Below are positions 1 through 9,929 of a stretch of DNA of 64,000 nt, one piece after another (the first letter of the stretch is position 1; every line of letters begins with the position of its first letter). Source of the stretch: an uncultured Syntrophomonadaceae bacterium (lineage in GTDB: Bacteria > Bacillota > Dethiobacteria > DTU022); the NCBI GenBank assembly GCA_964390725.1, contig CAYMIW010000002.1, positions 6,875 to 70,874 of the forward strand, written 5' to 3'. The translations under genes were made by a program, and so were the position numbers. The notes under the pieces are model-generated. The model made no database searches. It saw nothing but the letters and a program-made list of their open reading frames with translations, and was not told where the DNA came from.

Positions 1-514
1 AATTCTTCTTGGTCGAAAACCATATATCAAGTGGGACGCAACGTCAGAAGATATGCAGATCGTGCGCGACATAATGAAGAAAATGAAGTTGGAAGACTTT
101 GCACTGCGCAATGTTGCCGAGCTTTCAGGCGGAGAAACACAGAAGGTAATGCTGGCCAGAGCGCTTGCCCAGGAACCAAGACTATTACTGCTTGATGAGC
201 CCACGAGCAACCTTGACCCGCGCAATCAACATGAAGTGCTCCGTCTAGTTAAGATAATCGCCCGGGAGCACAATATCTGCGTGGCTATCGTTATTCACGA
301 CCTCAACCTCGCGGTTCGTTACTGCGACCGTTTCTTATTCCTCAAGGAGTCGAAAGTTTTTTCTTATGGCGGCTTAGAGGTTATGACCCCGGAAAATATA
401 GAAGAAGTATATCAAATACATGCTCAAATTATAGAATACAAAGGAGTCCCGGTTATAGTTCCTTTTCCTGATGATGAAGTAAATGTTAATTATTCTGTCG
501 GAAAAATTAAATAA
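1..514 (+). CDS. ABC transporter ATP-binding protein, iron-chelate/cobalamin uptake type (FepC/FecE/BtuD-like), 5'-truncated at window edge
   Basis: Reading frame is open from base 2. ABC signature LSGGETQKV, Walker B LLLLDEPTSNLD, and H-loop IVIHDLNLAVRYCDR typical of iron-siderophore/B12 importer ATPases. Confidence 0.8.
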   Translation, partial: ILLGRKPYIKWDATSEDMQIVRDIMKKMKLEDFALRNVAELSGGETQKVMLARALAQEPRLLLLDEPTSNLDPRNQHEVLRLVKIIAREHNICVAIVIHDLNLAVRYCDRFLFLKESKVFSYGGLEVMTPENIEEVYQIHAQIIEYKGVPVIVPFPDDEVNVNYSVGKIK

Positions 515-1026
515 AAGCAAATAAAAGCTTTAGCCGTAGACTCCCCGGTCATGGATAGATTTAAAGTGAAAGATTGTTGGTAAACATACAATTAAATCTC
601 CAATATGTGCGAGCTTTAAATGAGCTCGCGCTTTGCCGTACCGTATTATATGCAAAACTATTATGCCAAAATATTGTTTTGCAATAATAATTTTGGTATG
701 GTAGCCAGTAAAAGTACAGCAGGAATTTAGTATAAGGGAATGAATAATAGCTGTAAAGGGTACCTAGCCTGTTGTAATATTAAAGCATATGAGCAAGTAG
801 AGGCTATATTTATGGGAGGTGTATCAGAGGTACATGTCTGAATGTGTGTCACTTGTTTTAGTTTCTATAGGCATCGCACTAAACCTTGTGGGTTTTATTT
901 GTCAGGCAAAGCACTTTGCAATGGCTGGCGCGCCTATAGCAGTGAGCCGCTATAGCCAAGGGTAATAAAGTTTAAAAGAAGATAAAAACGAATGTTAATA
1001 AATTAAAGCTTTGGTCAAAGAAAAGG

Positions 1027-1380
1027 ATGAGAAACTTATCTGCTTCTGACAGCTTAAGCATTGAGCTAAAAGAAGAGACTTTTATTAACGAGCGTATTGG
1101 TTTTAAGTCAGAGGTCTCAAGAGCCAAACGGATTAATCGGCTCGAACAGGCTTTTGAATATATTTATGATGAGATAGATTATAAAGACACGAAAATAAAT
1201 CTGCAGCATCAACGATTATCCAAATCACTAAACAAATTAGAGGAGCAAGTAAATAAGGAGAGCAAGCGGTTGGAAGCGTTTTCTAAAGAAGCAGTAACAG
1301 GGGATGTAAGGTTGCAGCTAAGAGGCTTGGTTTTTATAGGATCGGGCACATTTTTAATTTGCCAACACTGTGTTCATTAG
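1027..1380 (+). CDS. hypothetical coiled-coil protein with hydrophobic C-terminus
   Basis: 117-aa ORF with weak RBS (aaaagga), charged heptad-like sequence (LEEQVNKESKRLEAF) and a C-terminal hydrophobic tail. No recognised domain. Confidence 0.35.
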   Translation: MRNLSASDSLSIELKEETFINERIGFKSEVSRAKRINRLEQAFEYIYDEIDYKDTKINLQHQRLSKSLNKLEEQVNKESKRLEAFSKEAVTGDVRLQLRGLVFIGSGTFLICQHCVH

Positions 1381-1430
1381 TGCAACGTTTGTTTAGCTGG
1401 CTATAATGGCGAGTTATTTTTGAGTATTTA

Positions 1431-2255
1431 ATGCTAGAGTGGCTTTATGTAATCTACCATAGCCTTTTATTCGGAAGCATTCACTTCGGATTCGGTTGTG
1501 AACTAAGAGTGGTGGGTCAAATGGTTATCAGTCATAAGTCCAGAAAACTTCTTTGGGGAAAATCTGGAAACCGTTGTGCAATTTGCAGAGAGACACTTTC
1601 TGTGGAGAAATATAATTCGGTTGATGAGTCCTTAATTGGAGAAGAATGCCATATCATATCAAAATCAAAACAAGGGCCTCGCCACGAAGAGAAAGAGAAT
1701 TTCAACTATGATTCTTATGAAAACCTCATCCTTCTATGCAGAAATCATCATTCATTGATAGATCAGCAGTGGGATACATACACGATAGAATTAGTACGGG
1801 AGCTAAAAAGAAATCACGAGAAATGGGTAAGTAAAAAACTGCATGACGATAAAAAGAAGCCTGCAGAGATAAAGAGAATTGAAGATAATATACCAAAAGT
1901 GCTCACAGTGATAAAAGACGGAAAAACCTTGTTTGGTTTGATTAAAGGTGTCATGGCACATAATTTTGATTATGATGAAATAAAGAATAATGTGGAAAAG
2001 GAAATCATTCAGGAACTTAATTGCTGTATAAGTGAAACTATTGATGCCTGGGACTTGTATGAAGGAAGTTCATATATTGATTTGCACATAATGTTAGATG
2101 AGATAATTAGAAAACTAAGTGATATAGGAATCATGGTTTTTGGTGAGAATGAATTGATGTATTTGACTGGTGGAAACTCATCAGAAGATACACCGTGGAA
2201 GGTTGCTTATATCAAAGTAATGCATTCAGATAATCCTGAAGTATTAAAATTGTAA
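1431..2255 (+). CDS. HNH endonuclease domain protein with ~150-aa C-terminal domain of unknown function (alternative start ATG 1521)
   Basis: CAICRETL...ECHIISKSKQG...NLILLCRNHHSLID gives the C-x2-C / H / N / H-H spacing of the HNH nuclease motif. Downstream region has no recognisable domain. Confidence 0.65.
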   Translation: MLEWLYVIYHSLLFGSIHFGFGCELRVVGQMVISHKSRKLLWGKSGNRCAICRETLSVEKYNSVDESLIGEECHIISKSKQGPRHEEKENFNYDSYENLILLCRNHHSLIDQQWDTYTIELVRELKRNHEKWVSKKLHDDKKKPAEIKRIEDNIPKVLTVIKDGKTLFGLIKGVMAHNFDYDEIKNNVEKEIIQELNCCISETIDAWDLYEGSSYIDLHIMLDEIIRKLSDIGIMVFGENELMYLTGGNSSEDTPWKVAYIKVMHSDNPEVLKL

Positions 2256-2395
2256 GTGAGTGTGGAGAAATAGGGCCAGACTCGTCTCTCTTTATTAGTT
2301 ATAATATCTAACAATAAATGTTGCATAATGTTACAATTAGGTGTAAACTATCTGAGAGTGATGCGTTCATATGTATTGTAGAAAGGAGGGGTATC

Positions 2396-2722
2396 ATGAA
2401 TAAATTAGCAGATCGTATTAAAGCATGTAGGAATAAATTGCACCTCTCCCAGGAATATGTAGCGAATTATATGGCTATGAACAGAGCGACGATAACACAA
2501 ATCGAACTTGGTAAAAGGAAGGTTGCTGCTGAAGAACTTGCAAAATTTAGCACTTTATTTGGTATATCAGCAGATGCACTTCTTCATGGTGAAAATATTG
2601 GAGCACCAGTAACAGTTTTCGCCAGAAGTTTTAGTGAGCTTGATGAAAAAGATCAAGATGAAATTATGAGCTTGATGCAGTTTAAAAAACTCATGAAAGC
2701 GCAAAGTCTCATTAATGAATGA
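2396..2722 (+). CDS. XRE-family helix-turn-helix transcriptional regulator
   Basis: RBS aaaggaggg 6 nt before ATG 2396. LSQEYVANYMAMNRATITQIELGKRKV is a Cro/C1 HTH. Stop overlaps the start of the next gene (ATGA at 2715). Confidence 0.8.
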   Translation: MNKLADRIKACRNKLHLSQEYVANYMAMNRATITQIELGKRKVAAEELAKFSTLFGISADALLHGENIGAPVTVFARSFSELDEKDQDEIMSLMQFKKLMKAQSLINE

Positions 2723-4070
2723 TTTTTATAGTGCTGCTAAATCTATGGAAAATGCTGAAGAACTGGCTGAATTATACCTGCAACACTACTATAAAGATCG
2801 CGAAATATCGTTTCCTATTAACCCCTTTCAGATGCTGATAGATGAAGGCGTAAAGTTTGTCATCCGCGACTTCGGAAAGCTGGAAGGGGTTTATATTCCT
2901 GCCCATGATCAAGATGACATTCCTATTGTCGGTATCAATTTAAACCGACCAATCACTCGCCAACGCTTTACTGCAGCGCATGAATTATGTCACTTTATCA
3001 AGGATTCCGAAGGCCAGATATGCCCAAAAATTGGGATAAAATCGGCCATAGAGAAGTTCGCTGATAGTTTTGCTTCAGGAATACTGATGCCGTTAGGTGA
3101 ATTGCGATTACAAGTAGATAAGCGCAGGGAAAATGGATATGTTAATTTTGACGATATACTAGAAATAGCTGATTACTTTGGTGTCAGCTTTGAATCTTGT
3201 TTGTTCCGTATTGCATATTTAATTCATGCGGTACATGGTAATACTGAGATTAAGGAATTGAGGAAAAGAATCCGAAAATACAAACCAGATTATAAACGGA
3301 AAGAATGCGGATTTCATAACGTATCTCTTTACGATGGATTAATTAATTCGTATGAACATGCACTCAGGTTTATTCCAAATAAATTTGCACTTAATGTATT
3401 CCAAAATAAGTATATTTATAATGACAGCCGTTTGGAGGGCGTAGATGTTGATATTGAGACGGCTGCTGAAATTGTTACTGATATTCGACTTAGGAAGCAA
3501 AGAAGTAAATATTGCACAGAAGAAAACGAAGCTTATTTATCAATCGCCGGACATTCAACCATGTATTCTTTGATTTTTGAATTGCCGTTACCGGATAAAT
3601 GCTCTGTATTTGATATGGTTACATTACACAGAAGATTATACTCCTGCTTCCCATACCCTGAATATGGCGGACAATTTCGTGATAGTAACGCACTTGTTTT
3701 AGGAGCAAAATTTGAAACGACTGACTACAAAGATATATTACGTAGATTGATAGAACTCGATGAAAAAGCGAAAACTGTTTTTGAATTAAGATCAGAAACT
3801 TCTATTAGCTCATACTTAAAATCTGCTATTCAACTGCATCATGAATTAACAGTTGTCCATCCCTTTAATGATGGAAATGGCCGCACATTAAGAGCTTTTT
3901 TAAATGTTATGCTGATACGAAACTATCTTACGCCTGTGTATCTCAAGGTTGAAGATAAAAATGAGTACATTGAGGCCCTTGCTGCTGCAGACAAGGATGC
4001 AGATTATTCTCAGTTGTTTGAGCTCTTTTATAAAGCAATATTGAGGACAAATGTTGAATTGACCAGATAA
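2715..4070 (+). CDS. ImmA/IrrE-family (DUF955) zinc metallopeptidase fused to a C-terminal Fic (FIDO) domain
   Basis: N-terminal HEXXH (AAHELCHFI) in a DUF955/ImmA context. C-terminal canonical Fic motif HPFNDGNGRTLRAF. Translationally coupled to the upstream XRE gene. Confidence 0.75.
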   Translation: MNDFYSAAKSMENAEELAELYLQHYYKDREISFPINPFQMLIDEGVKFVIRDFGKLEGVYIPAHDQDDIPIVGINLNRPITRQRFTAAHELCHFIKDSEGQICPKIGIKSAIEKFADSFASGILMPLGELRLQVDKRRENGYVNFDDILEIADYFGVSFESCLFRIAYLIHAVHGNTEIKELRKRIRKYKPDYKRKECGFHNVSLYDGLINSYEHALRFIPNKFALNVFQNKYIYNDSRLEGVDVDIETAAEIVTDIRLRKQRSKYCTEENEAYLSIAGHSTMYSLIFELPLPDKCSVFDMVTLHRRLYSCFPYPEYGGQFRDSNALVLGAKFETTDYKDILRRLIELDEKAKTVFELRSETSISSYLKSAIQLHHELTVVHPFNDGNGRTLRAFLNVMLIRNYLTPVYLKVEDKNEYIEALAAADKDADYSQLFELFYKAILRTNVELTR

Positions 4071-4176
4071 ACAAGATAGGGGATACTTTATTTGACTTCT
4101 TGTTAAGCTTCTTCAAGTTAACCAAACAGCCCCTCTGATTAATTAATCCAGCTTCGTGAAGCCTTATAGTAAGGTT

Positions 4177-4272
4177 GCGGAGAATAACCCCATATTCAGT
4201 GCAATATTTGCGGAGAATAGTTGACTGTGCGGAGATTAAATGGTATATTTGTTGCATAATGTGCGGAGATTA
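4177..4272 (+). promoter_or_regulatory. Four direct repeats GCGGAGA(A/T)TA (4177, 4210, 4229, 4263) overlapping a sigma-A-like promoter TTGACT(4221)-17-TATATT(4244) upstream of the Fic gene
   Basis: Exact 10-mers read from the sequence at the four positions. One copy sits in the promoter spacer and one overlaps the RBS. Confidence 0.4.
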
Positions 4273-4276
4273 TTTA

Positions 4277-5380
4277 ATGTATATTTATGAGAATCCAACA
4301 TGGCCGGAGTTTAAGTGGGGAAATGATAAAATTTTACCCCTGCTTTCTAATGTACGCTTTAAACAAGGAGCAATTGTTGGTGAAATGGGAGCTTTAGGTT
4401 TTGAATTAAAAGACCAGGCAAACCTTGAGATGTTAACGAAAGATATTATTAAAACAGCTGAAATAGAAGGAGAGCTGCTTAATCAAGATCAAGTGCGTTC
4501 ATCAATAGCCCGGCGCTTGGGTTTAGAAGTTTCTGGTTTAATAGCGTCCGACAGAAATGTTGATGGTATAGTTGATATGATGCTTGACGCAACAGGAAAT
4601 TACAACAAAGAACTTAACAAAGAAAGACTATACTCATGGCATAGTTCTCTATTCCCGGCAGGCTATAGTGGTATTAATAAAATAATCACTGCTAACTGGA
4701 GAAATGATTCAGCAGGGCCGATGCAAGTTGTATCAGGTCCTGTAAGTAAAGAAAAAGTGCATTACCAGGCTCCTGCTGCAGAAAAAGTTGATCAGGAAAT
4801 GCAACGATTCTTCGAATGGTTTAACGGCAGCCAGGAAATTGATTTAGTAATAAAGGCAGGCATTGCCCATCTCTGGTTTGTTACCATACACCCTTTTGAT
4901 GACGGTAACGGCAGGATAGCCAGGGCTTTAACAGATATGAGCCTGGCTCAATCCGACAAACAACCATATCGTTTTTACAGTATGTCAACGCAGATTAGAA
5001 ATGAAAGAGCAAGTTACTATGAAATACTGGAGAAAACGCAAAAAGGGAAGCTTGATATAACCGCATGGTTAGAGTGGTTTTTGAATTGTCTTTTAAATTC
5101 TCTGGAAGCTTCCGAAACAATCCTAAGCAAAGTTATTTTTAAACATAACTTTTGGCTTGCGCATGCTTCAAAGATAGACAATGACAGACAAAGGAAAGTG
5201 CTGAATCTGCTGCTGGATGGAATTGATGGAAAACTTACTACATCAAAATGGGCTAAGCTTTGCAAGTGTTCGCAAGATACAGCATTAAGAGATATACAAG
5301 ATTTAATAGACAAACAAATTTTATCTAAAATGCCCGGTGGTGGTAGAAGTACGAGTTATGCCATTAACAGAGAAGATTAA
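4277..5380 (+). CDS. Fic family protein (class II, N-terminal inhibitory helix; C-terminal winged-helix), putative AMP-transferase
   Basis: Canonical Fic motif HPFDDGNGRIARAL. Inhibitory-helix motif TAEIEGE ((S/T)xxxE(G/N)) upstream. ATG at 4277 lies downstream of the promoter-like element. The longer ORF from 4175 is less likely. Confidence 0.8.
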   Translation: MYIYENPTWPEFKWGNDKILPLLSNVRFKQGAIVGEMGALGFELKDQANLEMLTKDIIKTAEIEGELLNQDQVRSSIARRLGLEVSGLIASDRNVDGIVDMMLDATGNYNKELNKERLYSWHSSLFPAGYSGINKIITANWRNDSAGPMQVVSGPVSKEKVHYQAPAAEKVDQEMQRFFEWFNGSQEIDLVIKAGIAHLWFVTIHPFDDGNGRIARALTDMSLAQSDKQPYRFYSMSTQIRNERASYYEILEKTQKGKLDITAWLEWFLNCLLNSLEASETILSKVIFKHNFWLAHASKIDNDRQRKVLNLLLDGIDGKLTTSKWAKLCKCSQDTALRDIQDLIDKQILSKMPGGGRSTSYAINRED

Positions 5381-5622
5381 GCGAACGGGCATGATGAAGT
5401 TCTTTGAATACGGAAGTAAAGATATAGATTATCTAAAGTGCAGAGAAAAGAAGCTGGGCGCTGCTATAGAGTGAATAGGGTTTATTGAGCGGGCGGTAAT
5501 ACCCGATCCTTTTGCTGCCCTGATATCATCAACTCCCGCCTATCAAGTTTAATGTATAATGAAAGCAGGAGCTAATCAATTGTTTGGTTAGAAATAGCCG
5601 TAGGGAGGCAGTTCGTGACATG

Positions 5623-5877
5623 AGTAAAGACTATTTTAAGTTGCAGCGCCCCAGTCATTCACTACCGGGATTTGTTAAACAAACTCTGAAAAAGCGTGGG
5701 CTTCTGGAGGCATATCAGAAAAGACCTGCTTATCAGCAAAATGACTATATTGGCTGGATAAATGAAGTGAAACTTCCGGAGATCAAACAAAAGCGGCTTG
5801 ACCAAATGCTTGATGAGCTTGAGAAGGGTGGTATCTACATGGGTATGGACCACCCTTCTCCTCAAAAAAATGAATAA
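5623..5877 (+). CDS. YdeI/OmpD-associated family protein (DUF1801-like)
   Basis: C-terminal PAYQQNDYIGWINEVKLPEIKQKRLDQMLDELEKG resembles the conserved YdeI family C-terminus. Start chosen at MSKDYFK. Confidence 0.5.
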   Translation, partial: SKDYFKLQRPSHSLPGFVKQTLKKRGLLEAYQKRPAYQQNDYIGWINEVKLPEIKQKRLDQMLDELEKGGIYMGMDHPSPQKNE

Positions 5878-6155
5878 CATAAATGATCAGGGTCAAAGCT
5901 TGCAATCAAGCAAACCTTACAATAGCCTGTTTCCATGGACAGACCACTTCGAAAACCTCTATGATGAGGCTAAAATCTATGCGCTTGTCAGAGGAATTGT
6001 CGTTGATCTAAACATTGACGAGAATATGCGAATACATGACCTTGGCTGAGGGCGTGGCCTTTACAAACGCGCAGGTAAACAGGAATTTCTTGAGCAGATA
6101 GCCGTAATAAAAAGCACAAGAAATTGGTCTTAGGTAAATGATTGGAGGTTTATAA

Positions 6156-6800
6156 ATGAACAGAATCATTAGGATTAGGAATGAAAAAGAATCAGATTAT
6201 GAGAAAGTAGAAGACATCACCAGGAAAGCTTTTTGGAATTTATATATCCCGGGATGTATTGAACACTATTTAGTTCATGTTATGCGGCCACATATAGATT
6301 TTCTGCCGGAGTTGGATTTGGTGATTGAAGTTGATAATCAAATCATCGGGAATGTTATGTATACAAAAACAAAACTAATCGATGAGGATGGTGAAGGAAA
6401 AGACATCCTTACATTCGGTCCAGTTTGCATTTTACCAGAATATCAGAGAAAGGGGTATGGAAAAAAACTAATGGAGCACTCCTTTGAACAGGCAGTTGCG
6501 CTTGGTTATGATGTGATTGTGATTTATGGTAACCCAGGCAATTATGTAAGCCGCGGTTTTAAGAGTTGTAAGAAATACAATGTCTGTCTTGAGAATGGGA
6601 CATATCCGGCGGCAATGATAGTAAAAGAACTCAAGCCAGATGCACTGGACGGGAGAAAATGGGTTTACCATCAAAGTACAGTATATGAGATAGATGAACA
6701 AGAAGCAGGGCGCTTTGACGATGGGTTGGAGAGCCTGGAGAAAAAACATCAGCCAAGTCAGGAAGAATTTTATATTTACAGTCATTCTATAATACAGTGA
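6156..6800 (+). CDS. GNAT family N-acetyltransferase
   Basis: RBS ggagg. Acetyl-CoA binding motif QRKGYGKKLMEH. Confidence 0.8.
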   Translation: MNRIIRIRNEKESDYEKVEDITRKAFWNLYIPGCIEHYLVHVMRPHIDFLPELDLVIEVDNQIIGNVMYTKTKLIDEDGEGKDILTFGPVCILPEYQRKGYGKKLMEHSFEQAVALGYDVIVIYGNPGNYVSRGFKSCKKYNVCLENGTYPAAMIVKELKPDALDGRKWVYHQSTVYEIDEQEAGRFDDGLESLEKKHQPSQEEFYIYSHSIIQ

Positions 6801-7342
6801 ATATCCTTTCATGGTATAAGAGTAAGCTACAACTTCCTATTAGCAGGTGGGGCAGATGAAAAACCTGGGAATATAAGTTTAAAAGCGTTATGGTAACTAT
6901 TCTCATTATCACAAACAAAATTATAACCCGGAATATATAATATAAGATGGCGCGAGATGAAGGAGCAAAAGACGCGCTTGGTTTTAAAAAAGGCAATACT
7001 CCCAAAGATTTGCTCAAAAGGTATACCATCTTCGGATTTTGAAGAATGTTTCGCCACTGTGCCGCTGTTTTGGAAAAAGGTAACACAAAGCGAGATTATA
7101 CCGAGACTCTGTACCCTGTTGAATCAGGAGCCGAGAGGCCTCCTTGGAGTGAGCACCTGCATGAACGGCAAGAATTTCCGAATAGATGGCATCATAATAA
7201 TTGCTAAGTTTAGTATCTAATTTATATTGACTACTCCACTATTATAATTAATAAGGCGAATAGGGAGGCAGGTAGGGCTGGAAATATTAAATTGACAGAT
7301 CTGACCCTATAAGAACTCTCATCTTAAACTGGAAGTGCGGTA

Positions 7343-8908
7343 GTGCCAATGGTTCAAATAGTAGTGCTTCTCTATCTTTTCTTTGCAGTGCTGGTGGCCC
7401 TGTCTTTTGCTATTTACTTGCTCAACCGGGGGCGAACCGGTGTTACAATTAGTTTTGCATTGTTGAACCTTTGCATTGCTGTATATCTGCTCGGGTATAT
7501 GGTCGAAATTAGTGTAATAAATCTCTCAGACATGCTGTTTTGGAATCAGATACAATACATGGGGATCCCCTTTTTACCTTCTTTCTGGCTTCTGGTTTGT
7601 TTACTCTACACCAAAAAACTTAATAAAATATCTTTAATGCCTACACTGATTCTATTTGTCTTTCCGGTTATTGTTTTTTTAGCCCGGTTGACCAATGAGT
7701 TTCACCATTTATTCTATGCATCATATGAAGTTATCAGCTTTGGCAGCTTGAATCTGCTGCGCTTAACAAAAGGCCCTGTATATCAAGCGCATACCATATT
7801 TGCGACGTTATGCTTAATAGTTGCAACGGTAACTTACCTTCACGCTGCCGGGAAAGTCGAGGGAAGGGAAAGGCAGGGATATCAGCTGATGCTGATATCT
7901 TCGATGATTCCTTATGCAGCGCTGCTATTAATGATTTTTGATCCTACCAACAAGGGTATAGATTATGCAGCTTTTCTATTTCCTGTTTCGCTCTGTTTGA
8001 TCTTCTTTGCATTATCACAATACGACGTGCTGTCTATCAGGGCTTTTGCTAAAGATAATTTATTTTACCAGAGTCAAGATGCAATGCTGGTTATTGATAA
8101 GGAAGGGCTACTGCTGGATTATAATTGGCAGGCCCGAGACCTGTTTTTACCTCTTGCAGATGGTTCTAAAGTTAAAGAAAAACAAATTCAACAAACATTA
8201 CAGGGATACCCACAATTAATTGAAGTAATTAAAGCCGGAGTTTCTACAGATTTGATTCTGGATGTAATAAATAATAAAAGGCATTATGAAGTCAGGTGCA
8301 CTATTTTAACAAACCTTCACCGGCGGGTGGTCGGGAAAATAGTGACCCTTAGAGACATTACAGATCGTAAAATTATTGAGGAAGCCCTACGCGAAAGCGA
8401 AGAAAAACACAGGATGTTAGCTACAACCGATACATTGACAGGTTTACACAATCGGTTTTACTTTATGAAAAGGGCCGAAGATGAATTTAATCGGTTCCAG
8501 CGTTACGGCAAGCCTTTTAGTCTTTTAATGATTGATCTTGATTGTTTTAAAGAAGTAAACGACAAGTATGGTCACGCTGGTGGGGATGAAGTGCTGAAGC
8601 AAATTGGATTTCTTATGGGTGGCAATTTTAGAAAAACAGATATTACCGGCAGGCTGGGTGGCGAAGAATTCTGTGTGCTTATGCCGGAAACCACGCCTGA
8701 AGATGCCTGGACAGCTGCAGAAGCATTTCGTCAAACTTTGGAAAATACGATCATTAATAATGGAGACCGTGCTATTACGGTCACCTGCAGTATAGGTATT
8801 TCCAGCTCCAATAAAAACAACCACCGTTTTGATGAAGTTTTGAAACAGGCGGATCAGGCCCTCTATCGTGCAAAACACCAAGGTCGAAACCGTTCCTGTC
8901 TGCTTTAG
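7343..8908 (+). CDS. membrane-anchored PAS-GGDEF diguanylate cyclase (about 7 N-terminal TM helices)
   Basis: About 230 aa of hydrophobic helices, then a PAS-like region, then GGDEF domain with DTLTGLHNR and active-site RLGGEEF. Confidence 0.85.
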   Translation: MPMVQIVVLLYLFFAVLVALSFAIYLLNRGRTGVTISFALLNLCIAVYLLGYMVEISVINLSDMLFWNQIQYMGIPFLPSFWLLVCLLYTKKLNKISLMPTLILFVFPVIVFLARLTNEFHHLFYASYEVISFGSLNLLRLTKGPVYQAHTIFATLCLIVATVTYLHAAGKVEGRERQGYQLMLISSMIPYAALLLMIFDPTNKGIDYAAFLFPVSLCLIFFALSQYDVLSIRAFAKDNLFYQSQDAMLVIDKEGLLLDYNWQARDLFLPLADGSKVKEKQIQQTLQGYPQLIEVIKAGVSTDLILDVINNKRHYEVRCTILTNLHRRVVGKIVTLRDITDRKIIEEALRESEEKHRMLATTDTLTGLHNRFYFMKRAEDEFNRFQRYGKPFSLLMIDLDCFKEVNDKYGHAGGDEVLKQIGFLMGGNFRKTDITGRLGGEEFCVLMPETTPEDAWTAAEAFRQTLENTIINNGDRAITVTCSIGISSSNKNNHRFDEVLKQADQALYRAKHQGRNRSCLL

Positions 8909-9929
8909 GCTATCTTCTCGCATTGATCAAACATTTTAGGCCAGTTTCCCCTGTAGATAAAATATGTAATTTCAAGACATGGCTTAAATGGTCATTGTAT
9001 GACTCAAACTTTGCATTTTCAGGATAATGTAGTATCCTATCGATTTGCAACAGATGTCTCTTCAGGGGGGGTGGTATTAGTAATCATATCACATGTTTGC
9101 AGTTTCAAGAGCTTTGTATTATTTACAAGAATTGAGCTGGATGTTTTAAATCATCACAAGAATTACGTAAAATTTCTGTGCTATAATACTCAAAAATACT
9201 GCGAATTATTAATTAATTATAGTATTATGAGATGTTTATGAAACAATTCACAAGACTGAATACTATTAACAGTCCGGGAGATTGTGTATGAATTGGAGCT
9301 GACGATATGTATGATTTTATAATGACTAAAGCAGCTCGCACTATAGCGGAAGACATGTACCGCCTGAAAAAAGGGGAGTCATGGTGATTACCTTAGACAC
9401 AGAATCGGAACAATGGGTCGTTGAGGCATTGGCGGGAGTTTTGTACCTTGCAGATTCAAGGATAGGGTTTAATATCCAATGGTTATTGTTTTCCATTCCA
9501 TTTGAAGTTGCCGTTGAAAAATATTCAAACTTGCGTTGTCTCTGTTTGATCATGATGAATGTAGAGATGATGATTCGCCTCATCGGCTGTGTTAATCAAC
9601 CTGCTTTATCTTCCCTTCAAAAAAAAGTAACTAATACCACCAGAAAATACAAAAATATATGCTTTAACAGAACGATGGTTTTTGGTGGATCTGTAAAGCC
9701 ACCCTGTGTCTTGCTTGTTAATCTGTTTCGGATGTCAGGGAAAAAGGGTTGTATTACTGCTGAGACAAGAGGATTTAAGGTAGATAGGGCATGTGCTTAA
9801 AGGCTTCCGTATGGCTGAATGATCGACAGATCATGGATCAAAAAATATTATCGAGCCAGATCTGAAGGTTCTTATGGAAGAGATTTTATAGTATTTTTCC
9901 CATGATGACCAACTATAGGAGGAGATGAC

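Noticed and set aside
540-1020. 480-bp non-coding stretch with small inverted repeats (GCGAGCT-N7-AGCTCGC at 609-629; TATAGC-N8-GCTATA near 935) checked for tRNA, sRNA or attachment site
   Set aside because: No tRNA arms (no GTTC-purine-A-N-Y-C T-loop), no strong terminator T-run after the hairpin, and no direct repeats flanking the downstream island. Treated as ordinary intergenic DNA; 609-629 may be a weak terminator.
5798-6049. 83-aa ORF overlapping the 3' end of the YdeI-like gene
   Set aside because: The internal ATG at 5873 follows a poly-A stretch with no RBS and the product has no recognisable motif. A small protein cannot be excluded, but evidence is insufficient.
9381-9800. 139-aa ORF (and neighbouring 80-aa ORFs at 8999-9241, 9341-9583) in the AT-rich gap between the diguanylate cyclase and the ABC operon
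   Set aside because: No RBS, low-complexity and cysteine/leucine-rich translation with no motif, and it overlaps opposite-strand ORFs. More likely a non-coding promoter region. No riboswitch consensus recognised by eye.
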